In this document: positions 57,997-64,000 of the stretch, piece by piece
Layout: every line of letters starts with the position of its first letter
How positions within the stretch are numbered: position 1 is the first letter of the stretch
Assembly: GCA_016192455.1 (NCBI GenBank)
Contig: JACPUC010000001.1
Span: 186,001 to 250,000, forward strand
DNA: 64,000 nucleotides
Direction: 5' to 3'
Source: Candidatus Tectimicrobiota bacterium
GTDB lineage: Bacteria; JACPUC01
Notes under the pieces: model-generated
The model's database searches: none
What the model saw: the letters and a program-made list of their open reading frames with translations, nothing else
What the model was told of the DNA's origin: nothing
Translations under genes and position numbers: made by a program

Positions 57997-58740
57997 TCAG
58001 GGCATGAGCATGCCGCCATTCACGTGCAGAACCTGCCCTGTAATATACCGAGCCGCCTCGGAGATCAAGAACTTCACGCAGGCCGCGACATCCGCGGGTT
58101 CGCCGAGGCAGCCAAGGGGGATGCGGGCCAGCAGGGCCTCCCGCGTCGCCGCGTCGAGGTTCGCCGTCATGTCGGTCTGAATGTACCCCGGCGCCACGGC
58201 GTTCACCCGGATGTTGCGCGGCGCCAACTCCAGGGCGGCGGCCTTGGTGAGGCCGATGATCCCGGCCTTGGCGGCGACGTAGTTCGCCTGCCCGGGATTG
58301 CCGCTGACGCCGACCACCGAGGTGAGGTTGACGATGCAGCCGCCGCGCTGCTTCATCATCTGCCGGGTGACGGCCCGGATGCCGTTGAAGGCGCCCGTGA
58401 GGTTCACCTCGAGGATGCGCTGCCACTGCTCGGGCCGCATGCGGGCAATGAGGCTATCCTGCGTCGCCCCGGCGTTGTTGACGAGGATATCGAGCCGTCC
58501 GTACGCATCGATGATCTGGTTGACCGCGGCCTGCACCGCGACGGCATCGGCCACGTCGCAAGGGAGGGCCAGAACCTCGACGCCGGCGGCGCGCAGGGCG
58601 GCGCAGGTCTGCTCGAGGCGCGGCGCCTCGCGGGCCACGGCGCCGATGGCGCGCACCTCCCCCGCCAGGGCCTCGGCGATGGCGCGGCCGATGCCTCGGC
58701 TGGCGCCGGTGATGAAGGCCACCCGCTCTGCTCCCGCCAT
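57997..58740 (-). CDS. fabG: 3-oxoacyl-ACP reductase
   Basis: TGASRGIG, NNAG, YVAAK. Confidence 0.95.
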   Translation of the reverse strand: MAGAERVAFITGASRGIGRAIAEALAGEVRAIGAVAREAPRLEQTCAALRAAGVEVLALPCDVADAVAVQAAVNQIIDAYGRLDILVNNAGATQDSLIARMRPEQWQRILEVNLTGAFNGIRAVTRQMMKQRGGCIVNLTSVVGVSGNPGQANYVAAKAGIIGLTKAAALELAPRNIRVNAVAPGYIQTDMTANLDAATREALLARIPLGCLGEPADVAACVKFLISEAARYITGQVLHVNGGMLMP

Positions 58741-58819
58741 GCCTGCTCCCCATCGAGGGATCGCCCGGCCGCCGCGGCGCGGGGCGGCAAGGTTCCGGCG
58801 CGCTCCCCGCCGTCGCGCC

Positions 58820-59761
58820 TCAACCTTGCAGCGCCGCCAGGGCGCGCTCCAGGCCCTCGGGGTCGCCCGCCGCCTGGCAGCGCAGCGCGCGATCGAGGCG
58901 GCGCGCGAGCTGCGTCAGCACGCTGCCGGGTCCCAGCTCCAGGAACGCCTTCACGCCGTCCGCCAGGATGCGGCGCAGCGAGGCGTCCCAGCGCACCGCG
59001 GCGCACACCTGCTCCTTCAGCGCCTGGCGCACCTCCGCGGCGGCGGTGAGGGGACGGCCCGAGACGTTCACGACCACCGGCCAGCTTGGGTCGCGGAACT
59101 CCACGGCATCGAGTTCCGGGACCAAGCGTTCCATGGCGGGACGCATCAGGCTGCAGTGGAAGGGAGCGCTGACAGGCAGCATGACGACGCGCTTCGCTCC
59201 CCATTCCTTGGCCAGCGCCGCCGCCGCCTCGACGGCGGCCGTGGCGCCGGCAAGCACCACCTGCTCGCGGCTGTTGTAGTTCGCCGTCTCCACGACGCCG
59301 TGCCGCGCCGCCGTGTCGCGGCACACTTGCTCGACGCGCTCCGGGTCGAGGCCGAGCACCGCGGCCATGGCCCCCTCGCCCTCCGGCACCGCCTCCTGCA
59401 TGAACCGCCCCCGCAGGTGGACGAGGCGCACCGCGTCGGCGAAGTCGAGGGCTCCGGCGGTCACCAAGGCCGAGTACTCGCCCAGGCTGTGGCCGGCGGC
59501 CACGGCCACGTTGAGGCCGCGCGGCGCGGCCAGGCGGTACATCGCCACGCTGTGGGTGAGGATGGCCGGCTGCGTGACGGCGGTGCGCCGCAGCTCCTCC
59601 TCGGGACCATCGAAGCAGAGGCGCATGAGGTCGAAGCCGAGGACCTCCGAGGCGGTCTCGAAGGCGGCGCGAGCCGCGGGCACGCGCTCGCAGAGCGCCT
59701 TCCCCATTCCAACCGCTTGGGAGCCCTGGCCTGGAAAAAGGAGCGCGAGAGGAGGCGGCAT
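58820..59761 (-). CDS. fabD: Malonyl-CoA:ACP transacylase
   Basis: FPGQGSQ, GHSLGEY, VSAPFH. Confidence 0.96.
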   Translation of the reverse strand: MPPPLALLFPGQGSQAVGMGKALCERVPAARAAFETASEVLGFDLMRLCFDGPEEELRRTAVTQPAILTHSVAMYRLAAPRGLNVAVAAGHSLGEYSALVTAGALDFADAVRLVHLRGRFMQEAVPEGEGAMAAVLGLDPERVEQVCRDTAARHGVVETANYNSREQVVLAGATAAVEAAAALAKEWGAKRVVMLPVSAPFHCSLMRPAMERLVPELDAVEFRDPSWPVVVNVSGRPLTAAAEVRQALKEQVCAAVRWDASLRRILADGVKAFLELGPGSVLTQLARRLDRALRCQAAGDPEGLERALAALQG

Positions 59762-59916
59762 GGATGATCCGTCGTTGCAGCGTTCAGGCGGCCTGGCCTG
59801 GGGCGCCAGCCGGCACGCGCGCCTTCCCCGCCGGGCGGACGGAGGTGCGGGCCGCTTGCATCCCACGTTGGCGCGGTGGATGACGAGGCGTTCGCAGGTG
59901 GTGGAAGGGCGGCGGC

Positions 59917-60918
59917 CTACCAGCGGACGAGCGAGGCGCCCCAGGCCAGGCCGCCGCCGAACGCCGACAGCATGAGGAGGTCCCCCGGCGCCACCTGGCC
60001 GGTCCGCACCACCTCGTCGAGGGTAATGGGCACGGTTGCCGACGAGATGTTCCCGTACTTGTGGATGGTCAGGTAGACCTTGCTCATCTGCAGCTTCATG
60101 CGCTTCGCCACCGCCTCAATCATGCGGAGATTCGCCTGGTGTGGGATGTGCCAGCGCAGGTCGGCCACCGACAGCCCGGTGGCCTCGAGGGTCTCCAGGC
60201 AGGCAGTGCTCCAGGTGCGCACGGCGATCTTGAACGAGTCCGGCCCCTCCATGCGCAGGGTGTGGAGGTCGGCCGAGACGCTCTCGTGCGAGATGGGCGT
60301 GGTGCGCGAGCCGCCGCCCGGAAGCTGCAGTTTCTCGCCGTGGGTGCCGTCGGTGTAGATGTTCGTGGCCAGGATGCCGTGCTTCAGCGGGCTGCCGTCC
60401 TCCTCGCCGTCGGCCGTCAGGATCACCGCCCCCGCGCCATCCCCCCACAGGATGCAGCTCTCGCGGTCGCTCCAGTTCACCGTGCGGGTCATCACCTCGC
60501 TGGCAACAAAGAGGATGGTGCGGGCGCTGCCGGTCTTGATGAACTGTTCGCAGACCGAGAGGCCGAAGATGAAGCCGGCGCAGGCGGCGTTCACATCGAA
60601 GGCCACGCCGTGGGTCATGCCGAGCTTCGACTGCAGCCAGCAAGCGGCCGAGGGGCAGTAGGTGTCGGGCGTGATGGTGGCGACGACGATCATATCGAGG
60701 TCGTTGACCGCGCGGCCGGCCATCGCCAGGGCAGCCCGCGCCGCGTCCAGGGCCAAGTCCGAGGTGGCCTGGTCCTTCGCCGCGCGCCGGCGCTCCACGA
60801 CGCCGGTGCGGCTGCGGATCCACTCATCGCTCGTGTCGACGAGGCGCTCGAGGTCAGCGTTGGTGATGACCTCCTGCGGCACGTACGACCCTGTTCCCAC
60901 GATGCGGACACGTTGCAT
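59917..60918 (-). CDS. fabH: 3-oxoacyl-ACP synthase III
   Basis: DTSDEWI, AACAG, PHQAN, YGNISSA. Confidence 0.96.
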   Translation of the reverse strand: MQRVRIVGTGSYVPQEVITNADLERLVDTSDEWIRSRTGVVERRRAAKDQATSDLALDAARAALAMAGRAVNDLDMIVVATITPDTYCPSAACWLQSKLGMTHGVAFDVNAACAGFIFGLSVCEQFIKTGSARTILFVASEVMTRTVNWSDRESCILWGDGAGAVILTADGEEDGSPLKHGILATNIYTDGTHGEKLQLPGGGSRTTPISHESVSADLHTLRMEGPDSFKIAVRTWSTACLETLEATGLSVADLRWHIPHQANLRMIEAVAKRMKLQMSKVYLTIHKYGNISSATVPITLDEVVRTGQVAPGDLLMLSAFGGGLAWGASLVRW

Positions 60919-61150
60919 CCACTGCTTCCTCTTCGCTGCCACCCAGGCTGACGCCGGGCGTCAGCGTCCAGCCGAGAAGGGGGCTGGCCTCCCGCCGGCG
61001 CCCGCTCCAGGTCTCCGCGTCTGAAGCGCGAGTCCGAGGCGCCTGGATAGCTTGCCGCCAGACTGCCGGAGCCCTGCCGTCAACCTGCCCAGAAGCTGCC
61101 GGAGGGCTGCCGAAACGCCGTCCGGGGAGCGCCGGCGCTGAACCGCCGCC

Positions 61151-61333
61151 TCAGGCCTCCGCAACGTCGATGATCTTGCGACCCTTGTAGAAGCCGCAGT
61201 GGGGGCAGACGCGGTGAGGCGCCTTGTGCTCGCGACACTCGGGGCAGACCGACATGGCCGGAACCTCCAGCTTCCAATGGGTGCGCCGCTTGTCGCGCCG
61301 CGCCTTCGATGTCCGTCGCTTTGGAACAGGCAT
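61151..61333 (-). CDS. rpmF: 50S ribosomal protein L32 (zinc-ribbon C+ type)
   Basis: [14 protein letters not shown] and CPHC. Confidence 0.97.
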   Translation of the reverse strand: MPVPKRRTSKARRDKRRTHWKLEVPAMSVCPECREHKAPHRVCPHCGFYKGRKIIDVAEA

Positions 61334-61575
61334 ACCTCATCACCTATCAGGATTGACACACCGCGTGTCGTCAATGTTGTGACCCCGCGTCTTCTACGGG
61401 AGAGCCTCGGGGTCCATGCAGTCGCCGCGCTCAACACCGGAAAGGGAACGACGTTGCCCCGGAGGGCGCGGGAATCCGGGACTCACCGGGGCCGCCAAGC
61501 CTGCTCCGCGCCGCCGCACCCCCACGCCACGCTTCAGGCTCGGCGCGGCCGCATCGCCCCACGGCGGTGGCACCC

Positions 61576-62103
61576 CTACGTGCGGGTGCGCAGCTTCACC
61601 TGTTGGAGGATCGCCAGGCGGGGGTCAACCTGCTGCTCGACGCAGGAGCAGCGCTGCGTATTCAGGTTTACACCGCAGTGCGGACAGAGTCCCGCACAGT
61701 CCTCCCTGCAGAGTGGTTTCATGGGGAGCTCAAGCGAGAGGTGGTCGCGCACCAGCAGGCGCAGGTCGATCTCGTCATGCGCATAGGTACGGGTGTCGAG
61801 TTCGGCCGGCTCAAGCTCGAGGGCCTCTTCCACGACCTGCCGCGACCTGGGCCGGTAGTCAGCGAAGACGGTGGTCGTCACCGCGAACGTAAAGGGCTCG
61901 AGACACCGGCTGCACGTAAGGCGGAACGCCGACTGGAGGCCACCGCGAACAATAACCTCCCGGCCGCTCTTCCAGACGTGGCAGTCGAACCTCACCGGCT
62001 CCACGAGCTGAAAATCTTCGCCGCTGAGCTGGAAGTAGTTGGGGCGGTCCTCAAGCTGGAACTCAGAGTTTCCCTCCGGCAACTTCGGGACGTTGAGGAG
62101 CAT
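61576..62103 (-). CDS. yceD: YceD/DUF177 23S rRNA accumulation protein
   Basis: CSRCL, PMKPLCREDCAGLCPHCG, DPRL; canonical position before rpmF. Confidence 0.92.
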   Translation of the reverse strand: MLLNVPKLPEGNSEFQLEDRPNYFQLSGEDFQLVEPVRFDCHVWKSGREVIVRGGLQSAFRLTCSRCLEPFTFAVTTTVFADYRPRSRQVVEEALELEPAELDTRTYAHDEIDLRLLVRDHLSLELPMKPLCREDCAGLCPHCGVNLNTQRCSCVEQQVDPRLAILQQVKLRTRT

Positions 62104-62287
62104 ACGCCGGAACCTTCGTCGTTCCCAAGCCCAATGGGAGTGCCGGTGATATGACCTCGGCGAAGGAAGGAAGCGGCAAACTCCTGGTACATCACCTCCA
62201 TCCCCGCGCAGCCAACCCACCGGCCTGGCACACGCACGGCGCCGCATCTGCGATCGATGGTCATTCCCCTCACGTCAAACAGGTCGC

Positions 62288-62367
62288 AGTATAGGGGCGG
62301 TGTTCCGTGCTGTCAAGCAGGGCCGCGATTGCCGCGGCTTGACAGCACCCGGCTCGCCGCATAGGAT
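62288..62367. promoter_or_regulatory. Back-to-back divergent sigma70 promoters
   Basis: Minus strand TTGACA(62316-62311)-N17-TATACT; plus strand TTGACA(62339-62344)-N17-TAGGAT. Confidence 0.8.
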
Positions 62368-62438
62368 GCGCGCCACAGCAGGACGGTTCGCCGCATCCCA
62401 CCGCGCCCGGGGTTTTGTGACCGTCAGCGCCGCGAGCC

Positions 62439-63098
62439 GTGCCCTCGCTGCGGGAGAGCGCCGTGCCACGCGCCCGTGAGCTTCGCTTGCAGGGCCCCGA
62501 CTGCGAGCTCCTCCTCACTGAGTACGAGGCGGAGCCGCCGGACGGAGAGGGGAGCAGCGGCGTCCTCCTCTGCCCGCCGCATCCGGCCTTCGGGGGGACG
62601 CGCGACGATGTGCGCCTGCGGGCGACGGCGGGTCGGCTCAGGGGCGTCGGCATCACGGCCTGGTGCCTCGACTACAGCGGCTACCACCGGGGCACCCGCG
62701 AGGTGGCGGAGGTCGTCAGCGCGCTCGAGCAGCTCGCTCCCCGCGTCCGGCGGCTCGGCCTGATGGGCTACTCGTATGGCGCCGTGGTGGCCTCGCTGGC
62801 CGCCTGTCGGACGTCGGCGCCACTCGCGGCCCTGGCGCTTCTCGCCCCGCCGCTCGCCGTCGATACTATGGTGACGGATAGTTCAGCACCCTGCCCGAAG
62901 CTCTTCATCTGCGGCCTCGATGATACCATCGCCCCCGCCGAGGCGGTGCGGCAACTCTTCGCCAAGGCGGAGGGCGACAAAGAGTGCCGCTCCTTCGCGG
63001 ACGGCCATTTCTTTGAGATCACCGCCGCGGAGGTCGCCCAGGCCATCGCCTCCTTCTTCGTTCGCTACACGCAGCCGCGGCGGGGCACGGGCGCGTAA
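62439..63098 (+). CDS. Alpha/beta hydrolase
   Basis: PPHPAFGG, GYSYG nucleophile elbow, GLDD, DGHFF. Confidence 0.85.
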   Translation: MPSLRESAVPRARELRLQGPDCELLLTEYEAEPPDGEGSSGVLLCPPHPAFGGTRDDVRLRATAGRLRGVGITAWCLDYSGYHRGTREVAEVVSALEQLAPRVRRLGLMGYSYGAVVASLAACRTSAPLAALALLAPPLAVDTMVTDSSAPCPKLFICGLDDTIAPAEAVRQLFAKAEGDKECRSFADGHFFEITAAEVAQAIASFFVRYTQPRRGTGA

Positions 63099-63196
63099 GC
63101 CTGCCGCTGCGGCGGTCCGGCGGGGCGTGGGGGTGCAGGCTGCGCGGCGACGTTCCTAGGCGCCCCATCGGCAACTCACCTGCACAGGAGGAAGGG

Positions 63197-64000
63197 ATGG
63201 AGGCCGCAGCCGTAGGCATTGCAGCGATCGGCGTAGGGTACTGGTCCAACGTCCTGGCGGGGGCCCTCGTGAAGAGCCCGAAGCTGGCCCTGCGCACCTG
63301 CTTCACGCGCGACGCCGCCAAGCGCCAGAGCTTTGCCGAGAAGTTCTCCTGCGACCAGGAAGAGAGCTACGCCGCGGTGCTGGGGCGCCGGGATGTCGAG
63401 GCGGTGCTCCTCACCACCCCTGATGACACCCACGCCGACCTCGCCATCGAAGCGGCCGGGGCCGGCAAGCACGTCATCGTGGAGAAGCCGATGGCTCATA
63501 CCCTGGCGTCGGGCCGGGCGATGGTGGAGGCCTGCGCCCGGGCGCGCGTGACCCTGGCGGTGGCGCACGGCCATCGCCACTCGCAGGCGATGCGCCGCCT
63601 GAAGCAGATGCTCGAGTCGGGCGAGCTCGGCACGCCGGTCACCGCCATCGCCAAGTTCACGGCCCCCGGCGGCCAGGACCTGACGCCGCGGCGCTGGCGC
63701 TACTACCGCGCCGCCTGCCCGGCCGGCCCCCTGCAGCCGCTCGGCGTGCACCTCGTCGATAACTTGAACTTCCTCTTCGGCGTCCCCCAGCGCGTCATGG
63801 CGGCCTTCGGCAAGCCTGTCGGCCGAGCCGAGATCGATGACGTCGCGCACGTGACCATCATCTACCCCGGCAACGTCGTCGCCACGCTGGTCAACTCCTT
63901 CATCAGCCCGCGCACCTACGGGCTGCACGTCTACGGCACCAAGGCGAACGCCCTCTTCACCTGCGAGACCATCCTCGAGAACTTCGACGAGACGACCCGC
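63197..64000 (+). CDS. Gfo/Idh/MocA oxidoreductase (truncated by the window end; not in the ORF track)
   Basis: Translated from ATG 63197: IGVGYWS, TTPDDTH, GKHVIVEKPMA, GVHLVD. Confidence 0.9.
   Translation, partial: MEAAAVGIAAIGVGYWSNVLAGALVKSPKLALRTCFTRDAAKRQSFAEKFSCDQEESYAAVLGRRDVEAVLLTTPDDTHADLAIEAAGAGKHVIVEKPMAHTLASGRAMVEACARARVTLAVAHGHRHSQAMRRLKQMLESGELGTPVTAIAKFTAPGGQDLTPRRWRYYRAACPAGPLQPLGVHLVDNLNFLFGVPQRVMAAFGKPVGRAEIDDVAHVTIIYPGNVVATLVNSFISPRTYGLHVYGTKANALFTCETILENFDETTR

Overview
High-GC bacterial genomic window with a Gram-negative-type envelope; the taxon cannot be assigned from sequence alone. It contains no rRNA, tRNA, CRISPR array or transposase that I can see. Left part (about 2-18.4 kb, all minus strand): an RND adaptor and an unusually enlarged RND permease, then an ECF sigma / zinc anti-sigma / small Cys protein unit, then a tandem-cupredoxin protein, a 689-aa secreted protein with an atypical CX4CH heme domain, a lipoprotein, a triheme cytochrome, a putative outer-membrane beta-barrel and a 13-heme cytochrome. 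This is a candidate copper/heme porin-cytochrome electron-transfer system, with FNR-type boxes and ECF-type promoters. Middle: an acyl-CoA ligase, an orphan nuoB, an expanded TRAP locus (3 dctP, dctQ, 2 dctM and a decayed dctQ), and a catabolic cluster (solute-binding protein, 3-hydroxyanthranilate dioxygenase, split and fused hydantoinase/oxoprolinase). A low-GC TIGR04255-hypothetical-HEPN islet interrupts that cluster. An slt / D-aminoacylase / C26 peptidase operon faces dapF. Right: a sigma54-driven protease, Lrp, and the housekeeping yceD-rpmF-fabH-fabD-fabG-acpP-fabF-rnc-smc-ftsY cluster, which lacks plsX and has tandem NrdR-like boxes before smc. All calls come from motif recognition by eye; no database searches were run.
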